A stretch of 60,329 nucleotides of DNA, the filler included. It is 7 parts of 7 records of this genome, joined end to end, with 100 filler letters (N's around TTAATTAATTAA, not from the genome) between each part and the next. Parts side by side here need not be neighbours in the genome. Positions count along the whole stretch, not along the records: positions 43,836 to 51,553 come from SRR31156797_10339; positions 51,654 to 60,329 come from SRR31156797_10352; 5 more parts are not named here. One strand, written 5' to 3'. The position numbers and the translations under genes are program-made. How positions within the stretch are numbered: position 1 is the first letter of the stretch; each line of letters starts with the position of its first letter. Shown here one piece after another: positions 48,176 through 56,556 of the stretch. The notes below the pieces were generated by a model, which saw only the letters and a list, made by a program, of their open reading frames with translations, did no database searches and was not told where the DNA came from.

Positions 48176-49114
48176 CTAAAGTTCGATTTCCATGGCCTCG
48201 CGAAGAAAAAATACTTCCGGGACAGGGTTTTTAAGACGGCGATTGTAACGGCGGGCTCTGCTTTCCATGCCCGACAAATGTTTGTCGTCGTGGGCCGGGT
48301 CGTGATGGGTGATTCCCAGGCGTTTGGCGCCCGCTTCGGCCGCCTCGCGAATACAGGCCCTGGGCGTGCTGTGCCCCCAGCCTTTTCTGCTGTCGGCCCG
48401 GGTTGGGGACTTGCCCACGTACTCATCATCTTCATACTGGCCGTCCAGAATCACCAGGTCCGCGTTTTTGGCCAATTGCTGCACCTTGGGATTGGTCCCG
48501 TCATAGTGTTCCGTATCCGTGGCCACAGCTATGGCCGGCCCGGTGTACGAACCGTCCGCGGCTCGCTCCTGAAACCGCCATCCCGCGCATCCCTGGGGAT
48601 GATTCAGTTCGACCACGCTTATTTGAACGGTGTCGAATTCCAGGGTTTCCCAGAATTTGACATCATAAAAGGCTTCCCGGTTGTCCTTTTCGCCGCCGAT
48701 AGCAGGCATCTGGTCCAAATGCCTTGGAAACTGGATGCCGTCGTACAGACCGGTCAATTGTCTGTTAAGATTGTTTATTGTTGTCGGCATCTGCAAGGTG
48801 AAAAAATCGATGTGGTGGCCGGTCATGAAAATGGGGGCGAAAAAACCCATGCCGAACGTGTGGTCCAGGTGAATGTGGGTGATGAATATACGGGCCCGGA
48901 TTTTATCTATTTTTCCTGAAAAATAATCCTTGAGTAAACTGTTGCCCAGTCCGTACAAACCCGTTCCCATGTCGACAATGAACAGTTCTTCCTGATCCTT
49001 GTACCGGGTCCGGATTTCAAAACAAGTAGTGTTGCCGCCGAACTTTCTGGTATCAAAAATCATTGTCGCCGGGGAAGGAAGACTGCCGCGACAACCCCAG
49101 ACCTTGAAATACAT
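48176..49114 (-). CDS. MBL-fold metallo-hydrolase (RNase Z / phosphodiesterase-like)
   Basis: 'WGCRGS', 'FGGNTTC', 'THIHLDH', 'HPQG', 'TDTEH', 'WGHST', 'THHDP'; RBS AAGGAGG. Confidence 0.9.
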   Translation of the reverse strand: MYFKVWGCRGSLPSPATMIFDTRKFGGNTTCFEIRTRYKDQEELFIVDMGTGLYGLGNSLLKDYFSGKIDKIRARIFITHIHLDHTFGMGFFAPIFMTGHHIDFFTLQMPTTINNLNRQLTGLYDGIQFPRHLDQMPAIGGEKDNREAFYDVKFWETLEFDTVQISVVELNHPQGCAGWRFQERAADGSYTGPAIAVATDTEHYDGTNPKVQQLAKNADLVILDGQYEDDEYVGKSPTRADSRKGWGHSTPRACIREAAEAGAKRLGITHHDPAHDDKHLSGMESRARRYNRRLKNPVPEVFFLREAMEIEL

Positions 49115-49277
49115 AGGGCCTCCTTAGCGTGTCCGGAACATTCACCAGGAACACTCAGTCTGAATAATACCTAAAGCATTCTGACAACAACGGGTCAAGT
49201 GCTTTATTAGACTCAGGATAGCACAAAATGGCCTGACGGTCAAGTACCGGTCGGTCTAAATAAGCTTTATATTGAGT

Positions 49278-50039
49278 TCAATTTGACCGGTGGAGTAGTG
49301 ACACTACGCCCGATAGGGTCTGACCGGCAATAGAATTGATGACAAGATGTGCATTGTCATCATAAGGGGTGGATGTGTTGTTTATGATTATCAGTCTGGC
49401 GCCGTTATCAAGGGCCAAACCAGGCATGGCGGCGGCCGGATGCACTGTCAGTGAAGAGCCTATGGCCAGGAAAACGTCGGATTGCCTGGAAAGGCTAATG
49501 GCTTTTTCCAACTTGTCCGCCGGCAGTTCCTGGCCAAAGCTTATGGTGGCCGGCTTAAGCAGTCCCTGGCACTTTTCACAAACGGGAACCGCCTCGCCGC
49601 TGTTGACACGGTCGATTACCAATCCCGTATCCAGTCTTGCCCCGCAATCAATGCATACGGTAATGTCTATTCGCCCGTGCAATTCGACAACATTGTCTTC
49701 CGAATTGCCGGCCGCCTGGTGAAGCCCGTCAACATTTTGGGTTATGAGACCTTTTAACAAGCCCATATTTTCCAGTTCGGCCAGGGCGAAGTGGGCCGGG
49801 TTGGGTTTAACCCGGCAGAATGGAGGATACATTTCCTGGTAACGGCGCCAATATTCATGGCGGGCCCGGGAAGAAGAAAGAAATTCCGAATATGTGACCG
49901 GACGATATTTGGACCAGATTCCGCCCGGACTGCGGAAGTCGGGTATGCCCGATTCCGTGCTGACGCCGGCGCCGGTAAAGGCGACCAAAAAGCGGCTGTC
50001 GGCTATTATCTTGGCCAAATTCTCCATTTGTTCTTGCAT
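49278..50039 (-). CDS. cobB: NAD-dependent deacylase (sirtuin, CobB/NpdA family)
   Basis: 'TGAGVSTESGIPDFRS', 'TQNVDGLH', 'ELHG', two CxxC, 'GSSLTVHPAA'. Confidence 0.93.
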   Translation of the reverse strand: MQEQMENLAKIIADSRFLVAFTGAGVSTESGIPDFRSPGGIWSKYRPVTYSEFLSSSRARHEYWRRYQEMYPPFCRVKPNPAHFALAELENMGLLKGLITQNVDGLHQAAGNSEDNVVELHGRIDITVCIDCGARLDTGLVIDRVNSGEAVPVCEKCQGLLKPATISFGQELPADKLEKAISLSRQSDVFLAIGSSLTVHPAAAMPGLALDNGARLIIINNTSTPYDDNAHLVINSIAGQTLSGVVSLLHRSN

Positions 50040-50166
50040 GTTCTCTTAAATAACATGAAAATGAATAATTGGCAAAAATTAATGAACCATAAAAAAAGTC
50101 GGGGGACGATGCTTTGACATTCTCGGCCTGTACTGATAACTATTTGGCACTATATGAATAACAGGA

Positions 50167-51459
50167 GTGATGTTTCCAATGGAAAATCCTTACAACATTT
50201 TAAGCGAACGCGGCTTTATCTACCAATGCACGGATGATGAAGGACTGGAAAAGATATTTGATCAGGAAAAGATTACCGCTTATATCGGCTTTGACGCAAC
50301 AGCCGACAGCCTTCATGTGGGCAGCCTCGTGCCCATCATGGCCCTGGCCTGGCTGCAAAAATGCGGGCACCGTCCCATAGGACTGGTCGGCGGCGGCACA
50401 ACCATGGTCGGAGACCCCAGCGGCAAGACCGAGGTTCGTAAAATGCTAAGCCGTGACGATATCCGGCATAACATGGAAGGCCTCAAGGCGCAACTGAGCC
50501 GGTACATAGATTTCAGCCCTGAAAAAGCCATCATGATCGATAACGGGGACTGGCTTCTCGCTTTGAATTATATTGAGTTTTTAAGGGATATCGGCAAGCA
50601 TTTTTCAGTTAACAGGATGCTGGCCGCGGAATCTTATAAAATGCGTCTGGAAACCGGTTTAACCTTTATAGAATTCAACTACATGCTGTTGCAGGCCTAC
50701 GACTACCTGGTGTTATACAAGGAACATGGAAATAAACTCCAGATGGGCGGCCAGGACCAGTGGGGCAACATCGTGGCAGGTATAGACCTTATCAGGCGGG
50801 TCACGGGCGGTCAGGCTTATGGATTGACCTTCCCGCTGCTCCAGGATCCCAAAACAGGAGCCAAATTCGGCAAGACCCACGCCGGCGCGGTCTGGCTGGA
50901 CAAGGAAAAGACGTCGCCGTACGACTTCTATCAATTCTGGAGGAATTCGGACGACCCGGAAGTGGGCAAATATCTGGGGCTTTTCACTTTCCTGCCCATG
51001 GATGAAGTAAAGTATCTTGGCAGCCTTGAAGGCGACCTTGTCAACCGGGCCAAGGAAATCCTGGCCTATGAAGCCACCGCTAATAATCACGGCCATGAAG
51101 AAGCGGAAAAGGCCTATCTTGCTTCTATCAGGGCATTCGGCAGCGCCGATCCTGAAGGTCAAGTTAAAACGTCTTCCCGCATTGCCGACATATCGGCCGA
51201 CTCGGTCAACGACCTGCCCACCACCGAACTGCCCGGAGATCAGTTGGAAAACGGGCTTTCCGCGCCCGATATTTTCACCTCGGCCGGGCTGGCCAAAAGT
51301 AAAGGCGAAGCACGGAGACTTATTCGTCAGGGCGGGGCTTACATTAATGATGTCCGGATTACAGATGAGGACCTTACTGTAACTGCCGCGGACGCCAAAG
51401 ACGGTGAATTTATTCTCAGAGCCGGAAAAAAACGGTATCATCGTCTCATAATAAAATAA
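50167..51459 (+). CDS. tyrS: Tyrosine--tRNA ligase
   Basis: 'YIGFDATADSLHVGS', 'MLLQAYDY', 'GGQDQWGNI', 'KFGKT', C-terminal S4 domain; start may be 50170 or 50179. Confidence 0.97.
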   Translation: MMFPMENPYNILSERGFIYQCTDDEGLEKIFDQEKITAYIGFDATADSLHVGSLVPIMALAWLQKCGHRPIGLVGGGTTMVGDPSGKTEVRKMLSRDDIRHNMEGLKAQLSRYIDFSPEKAIMIDNGDWLLALNYIEFLRDIGKHFSVNRMLAAESYKMRLETGLTFIEFNYMLLQAYDYLVLYKEHGNKLQMGGQDQWGNIVAGIDLIRRVTGGQAYGLTFPLLQDPKTGAKFGKTHAGAVWLDKEKTSPYDFYQFWRNSDDPEVGKYLGLFTFLPMDEVKYLGSLEGDLVNRAKEILAYEATANNHGHEEAEKAYLASIRAFGSADPEGQVKTSSRIADISADSVNDLPTTELPGDQLENGLSAPDIFTSAGLAKSKGEARRLIRQGGAYINDVRITDEDLTVTAADAKDGEFILRAGKKRYHRLIIK

Positions 51460-51553
51460 TCGTTTTTTAAACGTATCTTTGTAAAATAAAGCCGGTCATG
51501 CACTCGTTGCAGGACCGGCGAATCTAAATAGCGCCCGTCCATAAATGGTTATT

Positions 51554-51653
51554 NNNNNNNNNNNNNNNNNNNNNNNNNNNNNNNNNNNNNNNNNNNNTTA
51601 ATTAATTAANNNNNNNNNNNNNNNNNNNNNNNNNNNNNNNNNNNNNNNNNNNN
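51554..51653. other. Artificial contig linker
   Basis: N44-TTAATTAATTAA-N44. Confidence 0.98.
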
Positions 51654-51701
51654 ATAAAAAAAGCCTGCTCCTAAGAACAGGCTTGTATAAGCTTGATTTT
51701 A

Positions 51702-51868
51702 TTATATTTCTAAAAAATTACATCTTAAAAAATCCGAAAAGACATAATCCTTTAGAAGATGGGTTCTTAGAAAACTCGTTTCCACATAGTATCTTCATGG
51801 ATTACATATTCAGTTGGTTTAAGATATTCGTTTGTTCTCCACCAGCTATTAAAAGATACTACTCTCAT
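51702..51868 (-). CDS. Small ORF (33 aa, or about 55 aa if one T is missing at ~51771)
   Basis: RBS AAGGAG; MRVVSFNSWWRTNEYLKPTEYVIHEDTMWKRVF* then shifted frame LRTHLLKDYVFSDFLRCNFLEI*; terminator-like hairpin at ~51657-51684. Confidence 0.45.
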
Positions 51869-52063
51869 CTTCAAAGCACTCCTTTGTTTTTTAATTGTAC
51901 TTATAATACCATACAATTAAGTTAAATTCAAGAATTTTTATGAAATAAATTCTAGTTGTTTTAAGTATACATAAAATTAATATAAATATCAAATTTATTT
52001 TTGCAGATTAATCTCTAAATCTGTTATGATATAAGAAAATCAAAGTTTTGGAGATGAAAAAAA

Positions 52064-53092
52064 ATGAAACAAATCGATGAAAGAACTATTATGTTTTCTC
52101 GAATGAAACTTCGAAAAGGAATGAAAGAGTATGATGAATATTATAATGAACATCCGGAGCATAAAGAGATTGATGATAAATTAAGAACAAAACCAAATCT
52201 TTGTGAGCCTGAAACACCTCTATATGATGAGATAGAAGCACCGCTGGTAAATGCAAATTTTCAAATTATCGAGCATTTGCAGCAAATGTGTGAGGGGGAT
52301 GTTAGCCTTAATAAAAAATACATGAGTCCCGAAAAAGCAACGGAAATAGTTAAAAAATTAGCTCTTCATTTTGGAGCGGATATAGTTGGAATAACTGAAA
52401 TAAAGCCAGAGCACTATTATAGTCATAGAGGGCGAAGAGAGTATGGTAAAAAAATAGAGAATCATCATAAATATGCTATTGTTTTCGCAATGGAGATGAA
52501 AAAAGAGTTAGTTAATAGAGCTCCCAAAATGCCAAGTGTAATAGAAACATCTAATATATATTTGAAATTGGGAGTAATAGGAGTGCAACTTGCGGAGTAT
52601 ATTAGGAAATTAGGTTATCCGGCCAGAGCACATATGGATGGGAATTATCAAATAATAGCTCCCTTAGTAGCTCATGATGCCGGTTTAGGTGAGATGGGAA
52701 GACACGGCTTAGTTCTTACAGAGGAGTTTGGTGGACGAGTACGTTTAACTGCTGTAACGACGGATTTACCTTTAGTTGCAGATAAAGTTGATAATCTATA
52801 TCTGACTGAATTTTGCGATGCTTGCGGAATCTGCGCTGATATGTGCCCGGGACAGGCAATAGCACAGGAAAAAAAAGAGATAGATGGATTGCTTAGATAT
52901 CAATCTAGTCAGGAAAAGTGCTATGATAGATGGAGAACATTTGGAACTGACTGTGGGATTTGCTTAGCTGGTTGCCCACTGAGTCAAGGCGTAGATTTAG
53001 AATTACTTAAAAATAAAGAGTTTGATAAAATATTAGATGAGTATAAAGAAAAATATGGTGCCAGACCTTTTATAAGGGAGAGGTATTTGTAG
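52064..53092 (+). CDS. Reductive dehalogenase-like corrinoid/2x[4Fe-4S] protein
   Basis: 'FGADIVGI', 'YIRKLGYPARAH', 'AGLGEMGRHG', 'RVRLTAVTTDLPL', 'FCDACGICADMCP', 'C..RW....DCGICLAGCP'. Confidence 0.8.
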   Translation: MKQIDERTIMFSRMKLRKGMKEYDEYYNEHPEHKEIDDKLRTKPNLCEPETPLYDEIEAPLVNANFQIIEHLQQMCEGDVSLNKKYMSPEKATEIVKKLALHFGADIVGITEIKPEHYYSHRGRREYGKKIENHHKYAIVFAMEMKKELVNRAPKMPSVIETSNIYLKLGVIGVQLAEYIRKLGYPARAHMDGNYQIIAPLVAHDAGLGEMGRHGLVLTEEFGGRVRLTAVTTDLPLVADKVDNLYLTEFCDACGICADMCPGQAIAQEKKEIDGLLRYQSSQEKCYDRWRTFGTDCGICLAGCPLSQGVDLELLKNKEFDKILDEYKEKYGARPFIRERYL

Positions 53093-53099
53093 ATAAAAA

Positions 53100-53127
53100 T
53101 AGTCTGACTATGAATTTAGTCAGACTA
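53100..53127. terminator. Inverted repeat between convergent genes
   Basis: TAGTCTGACTA-TGAATT-TAGTCAGACTA. Confidence 0.65.
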
Positions 53128-53139
53128 AGTATTTTAATG

Positions 53140-53802
53140 TTATTTTTTTAATTCAGTTTCAATCTCTTCAATCCATTCTCTAAAAAGAGGACATTCTGAA
53201 AGCATTAATTCTATTCCAATAGCTTCAGCTACTAATATTCCATCACTAGTTTTTCCAAACGAAGGATACCAACTTAAAAGTCTCTTTGAAGGAGCAGTAA
53301 TTTTGCTATTATTGATATGTTCCGGAGTTTCAAAATCTTTAATTTCTGATTTAATATTTGCTATTTTTTCATCATCATCTTCAATCCATGAAAAAGAATC
53401 GACATTAGAAAATAATAGACCTTCAAATTCATGCATTTGAATATAAGGAAAAAAATTATTATCAGGAATTTCGACTTTTAAAGCACTTTCTATACACTCT
53501 TTTTTATCCTTAATATCTTGAAGTGACAAACTTGCCTGATATCCTAAAAAACTCTCATCAATGCCATAGTAATCTATAAAAGTTGTAACTGATGCAGAAT
53601 GAAGTAAAAGATTTGAGTACTTAATAATTTTTTTACTAGTAACAAATCCACCTTTGAATCTTTTTCCTGATGCCAGTGTTTTTGATGGTAAGATAGTGAC
53701 ATCTATATTATATAGTTTTTTGCTATAGAAGTATGGGAAAACAATGTTTTTAAGAAATTTTTCTTCTGTTTGACCTTCTGCAATAATTAAGACTCTACCC
53801 AT
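53140..53802 (-). CDS. DUF4276-family protein (TOPRIM/RloB-like putative nuclease)
   Basis: 'IIAEGQTEE', 'TTFIDYYG', 'YIQMHEFEGLLFS', 'PEHINN', 'APSKRL', 'CPLFREW'. Confidence 0.85.
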   Translation of the reverse strand: MGRVLIIAEGQTEEKFLKNIVFPYFYSKKLYNIDVTILPSKTLASGKRFKGGFVTSKKIIKYSNLLLHSASVTTFIDYYGIDESFLGYQASLSLQDIKDKKECIESALKVEIPDNNFFPYIQMHEFEGLLFSNVDSFSWIEDDDEKIANIKSEIKDFETPEHINNSKITAPSKRLLSWYPSFGKTSDGILVAEAIGIELMLSECPLFREWIEEIETELKK

Positions 53803-54899
53803 TATGGTCTACCTCCTAAGAGGTTCATTTCCCATAATTCACCAAGAGTATATTCGTCTAGCCAATTTTTTAAAAATTCTAAATCAGGTCTTTTAAAGAT
53901 AGACCCTTTACCCTCTTTTTCAACAATAATAATATCATCAATTGTAAAATTCTCTATTAATGGAACTGATTGAGTCGAGATAATAACTTGGGTTCCTTTG
54001 GCTGCAATACTTTTGATTAAATCTGCAAGCACTGTAAGAGCAAAAGGGTGTAGTCCAAGTTCCGGTTCATCAAGTAGAATAATTTTTGGAGGATTTGGTT
54101 GGAGGAATAAAGTGATTAAGCAAATCATTCTTAAGGTTCCATCAGACAGGTGACTTGCATTAAAAAGCATGTCAGAATTTTTTTCTCGCCAGCCTAGACG
54201 AATTTCTTCTTCATTTAAAATACTTGGTTTTAAAATAAAAGTATCAAAATAAGGAGCAATTAGTCTAATAGTTTTCTCAATTTTTTCTAATAATTTAGGT
54301 TCTTTAATACTAAGCTTAAATAAAAACGAAGCTAAATTTCTAGCATCTTCATATAGGTATTCATTATCATGAATATTAAAAGATTGTTTAACTAATGCAG
54401 TTTTACTTGTGTCGTGAAAATGATACAAACGGAACTCATTTAATATTTCTTTAAGAAAATCATTATTATTATTTTTAAATGTAAAAAGGTTTGTTTCAAG
54501 ATTTCCAGATGAAATATTTCCAGTATCTTTTTCATTATTTTTTTTAGTGGAGAAATTATTGTAATATGTAGGGATTTCTTTCTCGAAATAAACGCCTCCA
54601 TTGTTTGAAGGTTTTAGTTCAAAGTCATATATATTGTGATGTCCCGCGTTTTGAAAATCAAATTTTCCAGACATTTGCTCAGATGATTTTATACCGTGGT
54701 GAAATATGTTATTTGCTCCACCTTCTTCTGCAATATGATTTTGAAGTCTTTGCTTAATGATTGAATTTATTAATTTGAAAAATGATATAAAGTTACTTTT
54801 ACCTGCTCCATTTGAGCCGATTAGAATATTAATATCTTTGATATCAATTTCAGTATTTTTTATGGATTTATAATTTTTTATGGAAAGTTGTTTTAACAT
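53802..54899 (-). CDS. AAA_21/AAA_15-type ABC-family ATPase
   Basis: Walker A 'GSNGAGKSN', 'YHFHDTS', 'LSDGTLR', Walker B 'LLDEPELGLHP', 'STQS'; stop overlaps the DUF4276 start (TAATG). Confidence 0.92.
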   Translation of the reverse strand: MLKQLSIKNYKSIKNTEIDIKDINILIGSNGAGKSNFISFFKLINSIIKQRLQNHIAEEGGANNIFHHGIKSSEQMSGKFDFQNAGHHNIYDFELKPSNNGGVYFEKEIPTYYNNFSTKKNNEKDTGNISSGNLETNLFTFKNNNNDFLKEILNEFRLYHFHDTSKTALVKQSFNIHDNEYLYEDARNLASFLFKLSIKEPKLLEKIEKTIRLIAPYFDTFILKPSILNEEEIRLGWREKNSDMLFNASHLSDGTLRMICLITLFLQPNPPKIILLDEPELGLHPFALTVLADLIKSIAAKGTQVIISTQSVPLIENFTIDDIIIVEKEGKGSIFKRPDLEFLKNWLDEYTLGELWEMNLLGGRP

Positions 54900-54969
54900 T
54901 TTTCCTCCAATGATAATATTGTCTTTAAAATATTATAAACGATTTTAAAATTTTAGTCCATAGAATGTA

Positions 54970-55857
54970 TTAATCAATATTTAGTTCACTTTTATACTCT
55001 TCAATTTTTTCTAAGCAGATTCTTTCAGTTAAATTTTTCAAAACTTCAACTCTCATAGCTATTCGTTCCACATCTCTCTTTTCAACGCTATAATTTTTCT
55101 TATATCTGGAATCTATATATGCATCTTTCAGAAGCTTAAATAGTCTTTTATCTTCCTCCCCGATTATAGGAAAGAACATATCGAAGTTTCTTTCTTCTCT
55201 TTTCACTTGATTATAGAGTTTACTTAAATCATGTGTTTTAGGTTTGTATGCAGTGAAGACTAGTAAAGTTGTCATAAATAATCTTTCGCAAGTTTGATGT
55301 AAATCAAACATAGCGATAGCTAAATCGTTATCATTTACAGCATGTTCGTATTGTCTAAAAAAACCAACAGAACGATCATACCATTGCTCGTAGGAATCAA
55401 CTGCTCTTCTATATCTAGCTTTTGGAGTTTGTGGTATTGGTGAAGATAATTCATAGTTACCACTGTCATAGAGCATGATTCCTTGATCATAAATATCAGC
55501 AAAGAAATACTGCCTGTCTTCGATTTGATCATTCAAATAATCAATGCCGTGATATATTATATTTAATGATTTTTCTAAATCACTTATTTTTTTAATTCTC
55601 CTCTTGATTTGTTTAGTAAAAATTTTATGTTGAGCTTTTTCTTCACTCCTCATTACACAGAGTAGGTCAATATCGCTCTCATATGAATATGCTATCCCAT
55701 CCTCATTATATCTGTCGCTAACCCAGTCCCCTCTGGCATAACTTCCAAATAGTATAAGCATTTCTACTTCCATTTCAGGATGATTTTTTACAAACCCAGC
55801 TATTTCTTTAAGTTCTTCTTGCGTTTTCCAATCTAAATGATCTAATGATGTTTTCAT
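54970..55857 (-). CDS. Fused minimal nucleotidyltransferase (MNT) + HEPN domain protein
   Basis: 'ILFGSYARGDW...SDIDLL' then 'FDLHQTCER', 'KPKTHDL', 'AYIDSRY'. Confidence 0.9.
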   Translation of the reverse strand: MKTSLDHLDWKTQEELKEIAGFVKNHPEMEVEMLILFGSYARGDWVSDRYNEDGIAYSYESDIDLLCVMRSEEKAQHKIFTKQIKRRIKKISDLEKSLNIIYHGIDYLNDQIEDRQYFFADIYDQGIMLYDSGNYELSSPIPQTPKARYRRAVDSYEQWYDRSVGFFRQYEHAVNDNDLAIAMFDLHQTCERLFMTTLLVFTAYKPKTHDLSKLYNQVKREERNFDMFFPIIGEEDKRLFKLLKDAYIDSRYKKNYSVEKRDVERIAMRVEVLKNLTERICLEKIEEYKSELNID

Positions 55858-55905
55858 AGTAAATACCCCTTGAAAAATTTTATAGACTTCAATTAATTAT
55901 AGCAT

Positions 55906-56076
55906 GAAAATATGAGATTAAACAGAATAGAAGCAGTTATTTATCCTGAAAATACAGTTTCACATAAATCTCTTGAGAGACTTGGTTTTGAAAGAGAAGG
56001 TTTGCTGAGAGGATATGCATACTTTAGGGATAAACAGCAGGATTTATATATGTATTCAAGATTATGTGAGGAATAA
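55906..56076 (+). pseudogene. C-terminal remnant of a RimJ/RimL-type GNAT acetyltransferase
   Basis: ENMRLNRIEAVIYPENTVSHKSLERLGFEREGLLRGYAYFRDKQQDLYMYSRLCEE*; the N-terminal part is absent. Confidence 0.8.
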
Positions 56077-56079
56077 AAT

Positions 56080-56113
56080 AAGAGGAGTTGGATTTGAAGC
56101 CGACTCCTCTTTT
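56080..56113. terminator. Terminator between convergent remnants
   Basis: AAGAGGAGTTGG ... CCGACTCCTCTTTT. Confidence 0.75.
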
Positions 56114-56114
56114 G

Positions 56115-56402
56115 CTATTTTATTTGAATTCCTTCACCAGAAATATAAACAAGTGGAATATCTAAAATGAGACTCCATTTTTCAGCTATATTATATGACC
56201 TGTTCCAATTGTTTACTTCGATAGTTGCTTTGGTATCAGTCATTTTACTGAGGATATTAACTATATCCACCATGATTCCAATGAATTTTTCATTTTCTGT
56301 ATAATTTGTAGGTGCTTCTTCGGATGAGACAATTCTGATATTGTTATTTGCAAAAACTTCAATGGAAAATAAAAATAAAATCATTATAAAATTTTTTCTC
56401 AT
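56115..56402 (-). pseudogene. Internally deleted family-3 solute-binding protein
   Basis: RBS GAGGAG; signal peptide, 'EAPTNY...GIMVDIV...NWNRSY', then an abrupt jump to a C-terminal-like 'KWSLILD'; only 95 aa. Confidence 0.6.
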
Positions 56403-56556
56403 CTTATCACTCCTCAACTTTAAATTATACTTTTTAATATTATACTTCAAAATAAATCTTAATAAAAAGAAGTAATTTAAGGTGATGCAAATCACAGTTT
56501 TTTCTTATTCACTTTGATACAATTTAGAAGCAAATTATTTACTATTGGGAGGAAAA

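Noticed and set aside
48157-48435. 93-aa N-terminal extension of the HEAT protein in the ORF track
   Set aside because: Overlaps the MBL hydrolase out of frame; ATG 48156 gives a proper signal peptide
49278-50039. Sirtuin as a defence NADase (Thoeris/DSR type)
   Set aside because: Canonical CobB-type deacylase with Zn-binding CxxC pairs, in a housekeeping context next to tyrS
50040-50166. T-box riboswitch upstream of tyrS
   Set aside because: The region is too short, has no T-box consensus and is shared with a divergent gene
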